From Candidatus Latescibacterota bacterium (GTDB lineage Bacteria; Latescibacterota; UBA2968): a DNA stretch of 64,000 nucleotides. Of the stretch, positions 17,926-26,798 are shown piece after piece. The stretch spans positions 4,410 to 68,409 of the forward strand of contig JBLHJX010000002.1 of assembly GCA_047619225.1 (NCBI GenBank), read 5' to 3'. Position 1 is the first letter of the stretch. Each line of letters begins with the position of its first letter. The notes under the pieces were generated by a model. It made no database searches, was not told the DNA's origin, and saw only the letters and a list, made by a program, of their open reading frames with translations. A program made the position numbers and the translations under genes.

Positions 17926-18495
17926 TTATCCTGGCTGCAAACCCAATTTTCGAAATTCGCCCTTCAACTGTCGCCGCGCTCTGCAAAGCCACGTCTTCAC
18001 CGTGCCAAGCGGCACCTGCAATGTCTGTGTAATTTCTTCATACGACCAATCCAACACATAACGGTACCACATCGCTTTGCGGTACCGTTCGGGCAATTTT
18101 TCAATACTCTGGCGCACCAGCTCTGCGCGTTCCTTATCTTGCACCAAACGTGCCGGATCATCCATCTTATCAAAATCGCGCAACACACCACTCACTGCTT
18201 CAGGATCTTCAGAAGTCTGAAGCCAATTTTGTCGTGACTGCACAGATCGCAAATGAGACCGATACACATTCAACGCAATTTGTGTCAACCACGTTGAAAA
18301 CAAAGCATCCCCTTTAAAAGTATGCAATGACTTAAAAGCCCGGAAAAAGGTATTTTGCACCAAATCGTCCAACGTATCCCGATCCCGTAAACGCTGTGCC
18401 AACACCCCATAAACCTGATCCCGATGCTGATAATACAATTTCTCAAAAGCTTTTCGATCACCCTTCAACGATTTCTGAATCAAAATGTTATCCAT
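17926..18495 (-). CDS. ECF (RpoE-like) sigma-70 family sigma factor
   Basis: 189 aa. Region 2 is DLVQNTFFRAF and region 4 is MWYRYVLDWSYEEITQTLQVPLGTVKTWL. Confidence 0.85.
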   Translation of the reverse strand: MDNILIQKSLKGDRKAFEKLYYQHRDQVYGVLAQRLRDRDTLDDLVQNTFFRAFKSLHTFKGDALFSTWLTQIALNVYRSHLRSVQSRQNWLQTSEDPEAVSGVLRDFDKMDDPARLVQDKERAELVRQSIEKLPERYRKAMWYRYVLDWSYEEITQTLQVPLGTVKTWLCRARRQLKGEFRKLGLQPG

Positions 18496-18577
18496 GACAA
18501 CCCCCTTTTGTGTTATAGCCTATGCAATTTATCATAAGCTATTTTCAAACATATAAAACCACTTCACCAAGCAGTCT

Positions 18578-18775
18578 TTAATCTTCTCTATTCACCAAAC
18601 GCAAACCAACCATCACACACCCAACGGCCACAGCAAGCTTAACCAACAAAAAAGCCAACCCAAATACAGAGCCAATCAGTGGAAATAAAACCTGCAACGC
18701 AATCACACCACCAACGACAATCAACAAAATACCTAAGAGTTTAACGAGCATGGCCAGTCTCTTTCTATAAAACAC
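18578..18775 (-). CDS. Small two-TM membrane protein
   Basis: 65 aa, almost entirely hydrophobic (LLGILLIVVGGVIALQVLFPLIGSVFGLAFLLVKLAVAVGCVMVGL). It lies inside the co-directional psp cluster. Confidence 0.5.
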   Translation of the reverse strand: MFYRKRLAMLVKLLGILLIVVGGVIALQVLFPLIGSVFGLAFLLVKLAVAVGCVMVGLRLVNRED

Positions 18776-18803
18776 GTGAGAACGGGTGAGGTGTTACTTT
18801 CTA

Positions 18804-19139
18804 TTAAACCTTTTCGCCATCTTCTACAGACGCATCTGCCTGCCTCTCTGAACGACTCAACTTTTCATCAATCGTAATCACAATCTCCTGAATATCTGAT
18901 AACCGTTTCTCCAAATGTGTAATGCGTTCAGAAGATGCCTCTTGATCCGATGATTTTGTATTTTTTTGCTTACTAAATTTAAAAATGTTGGTTCGGTCTA
19001 TGAGTTTTAAAAATATTCCCCAAATCATAAAAAGCAAAACCCCACCCCCAAGCGATGGGCCATGCATAACATAACCTATCGAGCCTCCGGTCAAAATAAT
19101 CATACAAATACAAACGGTGAATTGGAATACAACAGGCAT
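18804..19139 (-). CDS. Membrane protein with PspB-like C-terminal helix
   Basis: 111 aa with two N-terminal TM segments. The C-terminal RITHLEKRLSDIQEIVITIDEKLSR is shared with 19252..20088 and 20133..20330. Confidence 0.55.
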   Translation of the reverse strand: MPVVFQFTVCICMIILTGGSIGYVMHGPSLGGGVLLFMIWGIFLKLIDRTNIFKFSKQKNTKSSDQEASSERITHLEKRLSDIQEIVITIDEKLSRSERQADASVEDGEKV

Positions 19140-19251
19140 AAAATTACCCTCCCTTTAATCTTTCTCAGCCAGTTCTGGCTCCAGTGATCTTTCAAACCGA
19201 TTTGTATATAGGACGACTCTTGTAGTTAATCCCGAACTGAAAGCCACTTTT

Positions 19252-20088
19252 TTACGTTCGCTTTAATCGCCGATCCAATCGATCATCAATCGACAGCAAA
19301 ATATCTTGCAAATCATTCACACGATTTTCAAAATCTGCAATCCGCGTATCAAAATTATCTTCACTCTCTACCGCAAAACGCCGCTTATAAATATAATAAC
19401 CACCCAAGCCCATCAACAAAATTGCACCGAACACAGATGCAATATTTGTCATGTGCAACAAAAAAATATGATTGGTATTTTCATGGGGAAATGATGCAAT
19501 AGCAGGAACGGGAGGAACTGCAGGCGTAGGAGGAACTTGAAAATTCATTTTTGGAATATGGATCTCAGGAATATGCACTTCAATTTCTGGAATGTGAATT
19601 TCCGGCACATGAATGTGTTGGCCTGGAACGATAGGTTGATTGGCATCTTTCATCTGTTTGATGTATTCAGGTTTTACACCCGTGCTATAAAAGGTAATAA
19701 TGTCTCGGATGGAGATATCAGAATAACCAAGTTCTTTAATTTGCTTGATATAGTCGGGTTTCACACCTACAGAATATAAAGTAGTTATATCGCGTGTTGA
19801 AATATCAGAATAATCAAGTTCTTTAATCTGTTTGATATATTCAGGCTTGACACCTACAGAATACAGCGTTGTAAGTTCATTCGCCGAAAGGTTGCTATAT
19901 CCCAACCCTTTAAGTTGTTGAATATATTCTGGTGTCACACCCACCGATGCAAGCGTTGTAATTTCGCGAGCAGAAAAATTGAATCCAGTATACTGTTCGG
20001 CATAGGCGTTACAGGCAACAAACACAATGAGCAGAGTCGGAAAAATATTTCGGGGGAAAGTCATGATCAAATCCTTAAGAAAGCTCAC
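19252..20088 (-). CDS. Exported repeat protein with TM anchor and PspB-like C-terminal helix
   Basis: It has a signal peptide and four ~30-aa repeats (SVGVKPEYIKQIKELGYSDIS.RDITTLY). A HIPEI repeat tract, a TM segment and then FENRVNDLQDILLSIDDRLDRR follow. Confidence 0.65.
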   Translation of the reverse strand: MSFLKDLIMTFPRNIFPTLLIVFVACNAYAEQYTGFNFSAREITTLASVGVTPEYIQQLKGLGYSNLSANELTTLYSVGVKPEYIKQIKELDYSDISTRDITTLYSVGVKPDYIKQIKELGYSDISIRDIITFYSTGVKPEYIKQMKDANQPIVPGQHIHVPEIHIPEIEVHIPEIHIPKMNFQVPPTPAVPPVPAIASFPHENTNHIFLLHMTNIASVFGAILLMGLGGYYIYKRRFAVESEDNFDTRIADFENRVNDLQDILLSIDDRLDRRLKRT

Positions 20089-20132
20089 GCACAGTAGGAG
20101 TTATATTGTTATAAGAAGAACGTTTCAACTGA

Positions 20133-20330
20133 TCACTTTCGATCCAACTTATCATCTATCGTAATCATCACATCCTGAATATCTGTCAGTCGCCGATCAA
20201 GCTCATCCATACGGCCGATCAAACGGGCTTCTGCATCTGACGGCACGCTATCTTTCCCACGTCGTTCTATATACTTATGAACCGCTGATGCCAGTATGAT
20301 CAGCGCAACCATAATGCCAACGTCAATCAT
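20133..20330 (-). CDS. PspB-like small membrane protein
   Basis: 65 aa with one N-terminal TM segment followed by LIGRMDELDRRLTDIQDVMITIDDKLDRK. Its size and architecture match PspB. Its RBS context GAGGGAGGGTAATTT is the same as that of 18804..19139. Confidence 0.55.
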   Translation of the reverse strand: MIDVGIMVALIILASAVHKYIERRGKDSVPSDAEARLIGRMDELDRRLTDIQDVMITIDDKLDRK

Positions 20331-20355
20331 GAAATTACCCTCCCTAAACGCTCAT

Positions 20356-21000
20356 TTATATTAAATCATCCACGCGCTTTGCCCAATGTCGTTCTTCCCA
20401 CCGCTCAATTTCTGGGAAATAATACACAATCATACCCGATTCTGATATCCGCATTTCCGTGTGTCCCCTGGCCGCAAGTTCTCTCAAGATTTCCTCGGCC
20501 TTCTCAACCGTCATCCGAATATCTGTCGCCACTTCAAGCACCGTTAAACTGCCATCTTTTTCTCGTGCCAAACGCAAAATACGATGTTGATCTCTGGCAT
20601 AGGCTCGACTTTCGGCAGATTTTTTAAATCGGTTGCCACCCCACCACATAATCTGAGAAAAAACCAACAGACTCAACCCCGCACAAATCGGCTCATAATC
20701 TTGCTCAACAGCCCCTATACTGGCAGCAATTAACCCACCCAACCCCATCATCAACCCAAAGCCTTTCATTCCATAAGCTGCTAAATAACGCATGGCACAT
20801 CCCCCATCGGTGGCAAGATCAGAAAGGCGGTCGGGAACACGCTTAAAAGAGTCTGTGGTTGCCCGAAAATCATCTTGTGTACGATGCACCTGAGACTGCC
20901 ACTTATCCTTCACTCTGTTTTTGACCTTCTTTTCAACATCATTTACGGCCCGGTCTATTTTGCGGGCAATTTCGTCGGCGAGTTTTTCCAATTCACGCAT
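20356..21000 (-). CDS. Membrane protein with C-terminal winged-helix-like domain, translationally coupled to pspA
   Basis: 214 aa. It overlaps the pspA stop by 8 nt. It has central TM segments and the C-terminal sequence ILRLAREKDGSLTVLEVATDIRMTVEKAEEILRELAARGH. Confidence 0.6.
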   Translation of the reverse strand: MRELEKLADEIARKIDRAVNDVEKKVKNRVKDKWQSQVHRTQDDFRATTDSFKRVPDRLSDLATDGGCAMRYLAAYGMKGFGLMMGLGGLIAASIGAVEQDYEPICAGLSLLVFSQIMWWGGNRFKKSAESRAYARDQHRILRLAREKDGSLTVLEVATDIRMTVEKAEEILRELAARGHTEMRISESGMIVYYFPEIERWEERHWAKRVDDLI

Positions 21001-21670
21001 TTTTTGGCCCCAGTTTGTTTTTGAGTGCTTGCAATTCGTCTTCTACGGAGCCTTTGCGTTCCAATTTGGAAAACTGTTCTTCCAAGGAGGGGTCTGCGCC
21101 CGCCATAGCCTGGTGGGCATCGGCTTCGGCTTCTTCAGATTCAATGCGCTGACGAAAACGATCAAAACTTGAAAAGGCATCAGTACCCACACCCGACATG
21201 CCTTGAGCAATCTGCTTGCGTGCCTCTGCTGCCCGACGACGCGCCACCAATGCCACTTGTCGGGTACGTGCTTCATCAAGCTTGGCCTTCAACTGAGACA
21301 ATTGCTGTTTGAGCTGAGACGATGTCTTTTGGCTTTCTTCCAAAGCGGCTCCCAAATCCAGAGCAGCTTCTTGTACGGCTGCTTTGCGCTCCAAAGCCCG
21401 CCGGGCCAACTCATCTTCGCCCGATTCAACAGCCAATTCGGCCTTTCGCTGCCAGTTCTCAATTTGATCTTGTTTTTCAAAATGCTGGCGTTCCAAACGC
21501 TTTTCATTTGCCACCGCTGTGCCAACCGATGCCGTCGCTTTGTTAACCGCTTCTTCCATCTCCAAAATCATCTGCCGAATCATCTTTTCGGGGTCTTCTG
21601 CCCGTGTAATGAGTTCGTTCACATTGGCTTTCACGATATCAGCCATCCGTGCAAAAATTCCGCGTGCCAT
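20993..21670 (-). CDS. pspA: Phage shock protein A (PspA/IM30 family)
   Basis: 225 aa. The start MARGIFARMADIVKANVNELITRAEDPEKMIRQMILEMEEAV is followed by a long coiled coil. Confidence 0.9.
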   Translation of the reverse strand: MARGIFARMADIVKANVNELITRAEDPEKMIRQMILEMEEAVNKATASVGTAVANEKRLERQHFEKQDQIENWQRKAELAVESGEDELARRALERKAAVQEAALDLGAALEESQKTSSQLKQQLSQLKAKLDEARTRQVALVARRRAAEARKQIAQGMSGVGTDAFSSFDRFRQRIESEEAEADAHQAMAGADPSLEEQFSKLERKGSVEDELQALKNKLGPKNA

Positions 21671-21745
21671 AGAATGCTCCTTTCAGTTAAACAACAGTCT
21701 CTTTTTAGTCTTTTTAATAGTAAGTCGTGGACACCTCTTTGTAAG

Positions 21746-21760
21746 GCAATGTGTGTGCCA
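21746..21760 (-). promoter_or_regulatory. Sigma-54 (-24/-12) promoter of pspA
   Basis: The minus strand reads TGGCAC-ACACA-TTGC, an exact match to TGGCAC-N5-TTGC. It lies about 75 nt upstream of ATG 21670. Confidence 0.7.
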
Positions 21761-21845
21761 TGTATGTCCTATCAGAAAAATAAATTTTAAATACTGTTTA
21801 TTAACGCTTTATATTAAAAAGAGATTCTATTTTCCTTTTCCTAAA

Positions 21846-21864
21846 GTTGGTAAAAATAACCAAC
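21846..21864 (-). promoter_or_regulatory. Palindrome GTTGGT-N7-ACCAAC; candidate upstream activator site
   Basis: It has 6-bp arms and lies about 90-100 bp upstream of the -24 element, in A/T-rich DNA. Confidence 0.3.
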
Positions 21865-22037
21865 TCCCTGGTGCATATAGCCATGACACCCCATGCTTAT
21901 CTTGACAGGACACACGATCAACCCTATTTTGGACGCATTCCAAAAACCTTAAGTTACACCGAAACTGGGAGAGATAAAAAAAAGAAGAGCCGGTATCACT
22001 CTCTTTTCCCTCCTTCTACCTTTAAAAGGAGTTTACC

Positions 22038-22406
22038 ATGCAAACCATTGAATCGGGTGGATTGGAATTTGTAATCGAAAATCGCATCGCAGGCAAAGAT
22101 GGCGGCCCTGCCGTACGCGTTTTTGGCAATGTAGATGGCGAACCCATTCAAGTTTTACGTTTTGACTGTTTTCACGATGACCCACATTATCACTATGCCC
22201 CCACAGGTAAAAACGAAATGCACCACCTTGAAAAAGGGGCTGACAATATAGGTTGGTCAATAGAACAGATCAAAACCCGTATTGACGAAATGATTCGCAC
22301 TGCAGGATATAACGCCCTTGCAGACAGCATTGATGTAGAGGCCATTCGGGCCAAAACAAACGACCTCGAACATGCATTGCGCACGGAACCTGTCGTTACA
22401 GAGTAA
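22038..22406 (+). CDS. Hypothetical protein
   Basis: 122 aa with normal composition and AAAGGAG 6 nt upstream of the ATG. I recognise no family (contains FDCFHDDPHYHYAP). Confidence 0.55.
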   Translation: MQTIESGGLEFVIENRIAGKDGGPAVRVFGNVDGEPIQVLRFDCFHDDPHYHYAPTGKNEMHHLEKGADNIGWSIEQIKTRIDEMIRTAGYNALADSIDVEAIRAKTNDLEHALRTEPVVTE

Positions 22407-22449
22407 ACGACCAAAGTGCTGCACTATCACCCAAAATGTATTTCCCAAA

Positions 22450-22480
22450 GGGCGGTTCTACTTGAACCGCCCTTGTCTTA
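22450..22480 (+). terminator. Probable intrinsic terminator
   Basis: Stem GGGCGGTT (22450-22457) / AACCGCCC (22465-22472) followed by TTGTCTTAT. Confidence 0.45.
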
Positions 22481-22572
22481 TCCCCCCAAAAAGTCTATTA
22501 TTTGTTGTCTCCTCAATCATTTACCCTTTTTATCTATTACCTCCACAAGCCACAGCAGGTCCCGTTTTATCT

Positions 22573-23700
22573 ATGCGCTTACCTCTTGTTTTCCAACATA
22601 TTCTTTTGCTGAATTTGTGTTTGTTTTTTATGACATCCACAGAAGTGCCTGCCCTTACCCAAATCTACGTGGTACAAAAAGGCGATTCACTCTGGGAAAT
22701 CGCCAAAAAATTCGACATCAGCGTCAAAGAACTCAAAAAAATCAATCACCTCAGATCCAATCGTATTTATCAAGGACAAAAACTGCACATCACCATCCAA
22801 ATCCCCGAATTCTCTGCAACAAATGGCCCCTATTTTTACACCAAGCCCAAAGCTGAAGTTCAAGAATCGCGCAATTATCGCGAAGCATCCAAATTTAAAC
22901 CCATCGAAGACTATCAAAAAGCCGTCGCACTCTTGCGTGCATTTAATGCAAACATAGACGCCGAATTGCAAAGCTATAAACACAAATCGCAACTGCTAAA
23001 AGGATGGCGAATCGTTCTTGATCCCGGTCATGGTGGGCGCGACCCCGGTGCCATCGTCTCCAACAAAGACGGCGAAGACCGAGCGGTTCATGTTGTTGAA
23101 GACGAATATGTATACGACATTGCTATGCGACTGTATAAAAAGCTCAAACTCGAAGGAGCCGGCGTCGAACTTACGGTCATCAGTCCCAACCACCATATCC
23201 GCGAAAACCTACAAGCCACCATCACCTTTGTACATGAGCAGAATGAAGTATATCATGATGAAAAAACCAATCTCAAAAATGCCTTTTCAGTCCGCCCAGC
23301 ATCAGCCAATATCAATCAACGTGCGCGCATTGCCAACCGATTTTTCAAGGGCGCACAAAAAGGGCACACCCTCTTTATCTCCGTTCACGCCGACAACAGC
23401 CCCAACCGCCCCAAAGGACCATTGGTCCTTTATCAGAACAGCAAAGGCAAAATCGATACCCGATCGCGCACCTTTGCACAAATCATGCAAAAAACCTTAG
23501 ACCATCCGGGTATGCCCGCGCAAATTGGCGGACGAAACTTAGCCGTGCTCAGAAACAACAACGCACAGGCCGAGATCTTAGTTGAAATTCGCAATGTACA
23601 CGACAAAGGCGAAGCATGGGCGCTTCGCTTTCACAGCCGACGAGAAGCAGATGCCGACCGTATTTTTCAAGGTGTTTTAAATTATATTAAAAAGCGGTGA
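22573..23700 (+). CDS. LysM-domain N-acetylmuramoyl-L-alanine amidase (Amidase_3)
   Basis: Track ORF starts at 22372; I use ATG 22573, which gives a signal peptide (MRLPLVFQHILLLNLCLFF). LysM is YVVQKGDSLWEIAKKFDISVKELKKINHL, and the amidase core is IVLDPGHGGRDPGA...FISVHADN. Confidence 0.85.
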   Translation: MRLPLVFQHILLLNLCLFFMTSTEVPALTQIYVVQKGDSLWEIAKKFDISVKELKKINHLRSNRIYQGQKLHITIQIPEFSATNGPYFYTKPKAEVQESRNYREASKFKPIEDYQKAVALLRAFNANIDAELQSYKHKSQLLKGWRIVLDPGHGGRDPGAIVSNKDGEDRAVHVVEDEYVYDIAMRLYKKLKLEGAGVELTVISPNHHIRENLQATITFVHEQNEVYHDEKTNLKNAFSVRPASANINQRARIANRFFKGAQKGHTLFISVHADNSPNRPKGPLVLYQNSKGKIDTRSRTFAQIMQKTLDHPGMPAQIGGRNLAVLRNNNAQAEILVEIRNVHDKGEAWALRFHSRREADADRIFQGVLNYIKKR

Positions 23701-23818
23701 ACGGGTAGGCAGAAGACTGCAACAGGGAAGATCTCAACCCTACCACACGAAATTGATAATAGTCTCACACTTGCCGTTTGCCTTTTGCCTTTGATTCTCT
23801 CTTGTCTCCTGCTTTTAC

Positions 23819-23846
23819 CTTTTTACTTTTTACTTTTTACTTTTTA
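23819..23846. repeat. Heptanucleotide tandem repeat (CTTTTTA)x4 with degenerate flanking units
   Basis: Perfect units occur at 23819, 23826, 23833 and 23840, with imperfect units at 23812 and 23847. The array spans the copA stop codon (23837-23839). Confidence 0.85.
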
Positions 23847-26050
23847 CTTTTCCCCCTCCCAAATCTCCGCAACCGCAACGCATTGCTCACCACAGACACC
23901 GAACTCAGTGCCATCGCACCCGCCGCAAGCATCGGCCCGCCCAATGGATTTAACAACCCAAACGCAGCAACAGGAACCAAAAGTGTATTGTAAGCAAAAG
24001 CCCAAAACAAATTTTGCCGAATAATGCGCATCGTTTGTCGCGACAACCCAATGGCCGTAATCACACCCGACAAATGACCCGACATCAATGTAATACCCGC
24101 ACTTTCAATCGCCACATCGGTACCCGTTCCCAGCGCAATGCCCACATTGGCTTGTGCCAAAGCAGGTGCATCATTAATCCCATCACCCACCATGCCCACA
24201 CACTTGCCATCTGCTTGCAATTGTACCACCTGCTCCGCTTTATCCTCAGGTAAGACTTCTGCCAACACACGATCAATACCCAATGTTTTGGCAACCGCTT
24301 GTGCCGTTCGCCGATTGTCTCCCGTCACCAGTGCCACTTCTATACCCATGGCGTGCAAATCATTTACCACAGCTTGCGCTTCATCTTTCAACACATCAGC
24401 CACCCCAATCAAACCCGCCATTTGATTGTCCACCCCAACAAACATCACGGTTTTACCATCCGCTTCCAATGCCTCCGCTTTTGCTGTCCATTCACCATCT
24501 ACCAACGCCCCCAACAAACGGCGATTGCCCAATTGAACACGCCGTCCATCAACCGTCACCACAACCCCCTGACCAGGCACAGCTTCAAAATCTGCCACTG
24601 CATATCGCGCCACATCCGCCGCACGCACAATCGCCTCACCCAGTGGATGCTCCGACCCCTGCTCTGCCGAAGCAGCGACCTTCAACAAATCATCTCGATC
24701 CACACCCTCTGCAGTCACCACATCTGTCACTCTGGGTTCTCCCACAGTCAGCGTACCCGTTTTATCCAAGATCACCGCATCCACCTTATGCGCCTGCTCT
24801 AACACATCCCCGCCTTTAATCAGCACCCCCAACTCAGCCCCACGCCCCGTACCCACCATAATCGCAGTGGGTGTTGCCAAACCCATTGCACACGGACACG
24901 CGATAATTAACACCGCAACCGTATTGATCAATGCCACTTCAAACCCAGCACCCACAAACCACCACACAAGAAATGTCAGTGTGGCCACACCAAAAATAAT
25001 CGGCACAAAAATACTGGCCACCCGATCGGCTTGCCGCTGAATCGGCGCTTTCGATCCTTGCGCCTTTTGTACCATATCCACAATACGCGCCAACACCGTT
25101 TCAGATCCCACCTGAGTCGCTTCAAATGTAAAACTACCCGTCCGATTCAACGTCCCCCCAATCACCCGATCTCCTACCGCTTTATCAACCGGCATTGGTT
25201 CACCCGTCAACATTGCCTCATCCACCGTCGAATGCCCATCGTGCACCGTACCATCCACCGGAATGTTTTCACCAGGCCGCACACGCACAATATCACCCAG
25301 CACCACCTGATCAATCGACACATCCACATCCACCCCATCGCGCACCACACGCGCCGTATCGGGTCGCAAATTCATCAACTTCCGAATCGCATCCGACGTG
25401 CGCCCTTTGGCACGTGCCTCAAGCCAACGCCCCAACAACACCAATGCAATAATCATAACCGACGTATCAAAATAAATTTGCACATTCTGCCCACCCAACA
25501 CCTGCGGCGCAAACGTAGCCACACTGCTATATCCAAATGCCGCCAATGTGCCCACCGCAATCAAACTGTTCATATCAGCCGCGCCGTGTCGTGTAACCGT
25601 CCAAGCCCCTTTTAAAAACTGCCACCCACACCAAAACTGCACAGGCATTGCCAAAGCAAACATCAATATATGCAAAGTCTGCGCATCCCAAACCGTATGC
25701 GTCATACCCACAGCCATAATCAAAACCGACAACACCGCACCCACCACAAAACGTTTGCGCAATGCCAACACCTCTATCTCGCGCTCGGCCTGATCCGCGC
25801 GAACATCACCAGAGGCCAACGTGGCTTCATACCCCGCATCCCCAATCGCCTTGGTCAATACGTCCACACCCACATCCAGAAATCGCACCGATGCCTCATG
25901 TGTAGCAAAATTCACATTTGCCTCTACCACGCCAGGCACAGCCGTCAAAGCGTTTTCAACACGCGCCACACATGCCGCACAGCTCATGCCCTTCACCGCA
26001 AGTGTTGTTTGTTCTGTCTCTTGTTCCGTCACTGCCATCAGAACCACCAT
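23837..26050 (-). CDS. copA: Copper-translocating P1B-type ATPase
   Basis: 737 aa. It has an HMA domain ([11 protein letters not shown]), the CPC motif ([11 protein letters not shown]), DKTGTLT and GDGINDAP. An alternative ATG lies at 26038. Confidence 0.9.
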   Translation of the reverse strand: MVVLMAVTEQETEQTTLAVKGMSCAACVARVENALTAVPGVVEANVNFATHEASVRFLDVGVDVLTKAIGDAGYEATLASGDVRADQAEREIEVLALRKRFVVGAVLSVLIMAVGMTHTVWDAQTLHILMFALAMPVQFWCGWQFLKGAWTVTRHGAADMNSLIAVGTLAAFGYSSVATFAPQVLGGQNVQIYFDTSVMIIALVLLGRWLEARAKGRTSDAIRKLMNLRPDTARVVRDGVDVDVSIDQVVLGDIVRVRPGENIPVDGTVHDGHSTVDEAMLTGEPMPVDKAVGDRVIGGTLNRTGSFTFEATQVGSETVLARIVDMVQKAQGSKAPIQRQADRVASIFVPIIFGVATLTFLVWWFVGAGFEVALINTVAVLIIACPCAMGLATPTAIMVGTGRGAELGVLIKGGDVLEQAHKVDAVILDKTGTLTVGEPRVTDVVTAEGVDRDDLLKVAASAEQGSEHPLGEAIVRAADVARYAVADFEAVPGQGVVVTVDGRRVQLGNRRLLGALVDGEWTAKAEALEADGKTVMFVGVDNQMAGLIGVADVLKDEAQAVVNDLHAMGIEVALVTGDNRRTAQAVAKTLGIDRVLAEVLPEDKAEQVVQLQADGKCVGMVGDGINDAPALAQANVGIALGTGTDVAIESAGITLMSGHLSGVITAIGLSRQTMRIIRQNLFWAFAYNTLLVPVAAFGLLNPLGGPMLAAGAMALSSVSVVSNALRLRRFGRGKSKK

Positions 26051-26098
26051 CTTTCAAAACCAACATGGTCACTGCTTGTCTCACTCAGAAAAATACGA

Positions 26099-26115
26099 GG
26101 CACGGGAACCGTGCC
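26099..26115 (-). promoter_or_regulatory. Perfect palindrome GGCACGG-N3-CCGTGCC in the copA leader
   Basis: It has 7-bp arms. On the minus strand it is followed by TCGTATTTTTCT and lies about 50 nt upstream of ATG 26050. It could be an operator or an attenuator/terminator. Confidence 0.4.
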
Positions 26116-26241
26116 ACTACGCCAATGGGTTCACGCAGATGATTTTGAGGCCAATAGAGAACTGGATGACCGCTATTGATATTGGAAATATACCTCAGAA
26201 AACAATCACTGCAATGTCACAACCCAACGGATAAACACAAA

Positions 26242-26281
26242 ACATACGTTGTATTTAACGTAGGACAAATTCAACGTATGT
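26242..26281 (-). terminator. Hairpin with 10-bp perfect stem and T-rich tail
   Basis: ACATACGTTG (26242-26251) pairs with CAACGTATGT (26272-26281) around a 20-nt loop. The minus strand continues TTTTGTGTTTAT. Confidence 0.45.
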
Positions 26282-26291
26282 CATCCCAAAT

Positions 26292-26331
26292 CTAAAAAAT
26301 CAGCCCTGCATCTCACGACACTGAGCTGATT
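26292..26331 (-). terminator. Intrinsic terminator after the ParA-MOSC pair
   Basis: Stem AATCAGC (26298-26304) / GCTGATT (26325-26331). The minus strand continues TTTTTAGATTT, about 20 nt after the stop of 26353..26790. Confidence 0.6.
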
Positions 26332-26352
26332 TCATTTCTATTTATATTTCCA

Positions 26353-26790
26353 TTATCCATCCAACCGAACCACGTCACCCACCCGAATTTCACCCCCCGT
26401 GTACACCACACACGTCACCCCAGCACGCCAATCTGATGCAAGTGCATCTTGCAAACCCGCTTGGGCTTCCTCCATTCGCGGGCACGGTGTCGTTTCACCC
26501 GTAATTTCAAGCACAACATCGCCAATATTCAATTGCTTGCCCGTTGTCTCATTTAAATCCAGACCTTCAACCAATACATTTGCTCGGCGCGTAGTCCAAT
26601 CCACATCCATTCCCAAATCGGCACACGCAGCTTCCCAAGCTTCGCGAACAACAACAGTCACTTGGCGACCCAAAACTGTACCTCTAAAATCGCCTACAAC
26701 ACCCTTTTCTGTCGTCATCTGTGCCACGTCTAATATCTGCATGGGCGCACGTGACGCCTCTCGAATCGCAATCTGCAATACTTTTCCCAT
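26353..26790 (-). CDS. MOSC-domain protein
   Basis: 145 aa. GDVVLEITGETTPCPRM has the conserved Cys context of MOSC beta-barrel proteins. Confidence 0.75.
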   Translation of the reverse strand: MGKVLQIAIREASRAPMQILDVAQMTTEKGVVGDFRGTVLGRQVTVVVREAWEAACADLGMDVDWTTRRANVLVEGLDLNETTGKQLNIGDVVLEITGETTPCPRMEEAQAGLQDALASDWRAGVTCVVYTGGEIRVGDVVRLDG

Positions 26791-26798
26791 ACCAACCT

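Noticed and set aside
24283-26234. Long plus-strand track ORFs inside copA (24283..24819, 24299..24802, 25031..25615, 25670..26179, 25821..26234)
   Set aside because: They are antisense shadows of a gene with unmistakable P-type ATPase motifs. Their translations are Pro/His/Thr/Arg-rich low-complexity strings.
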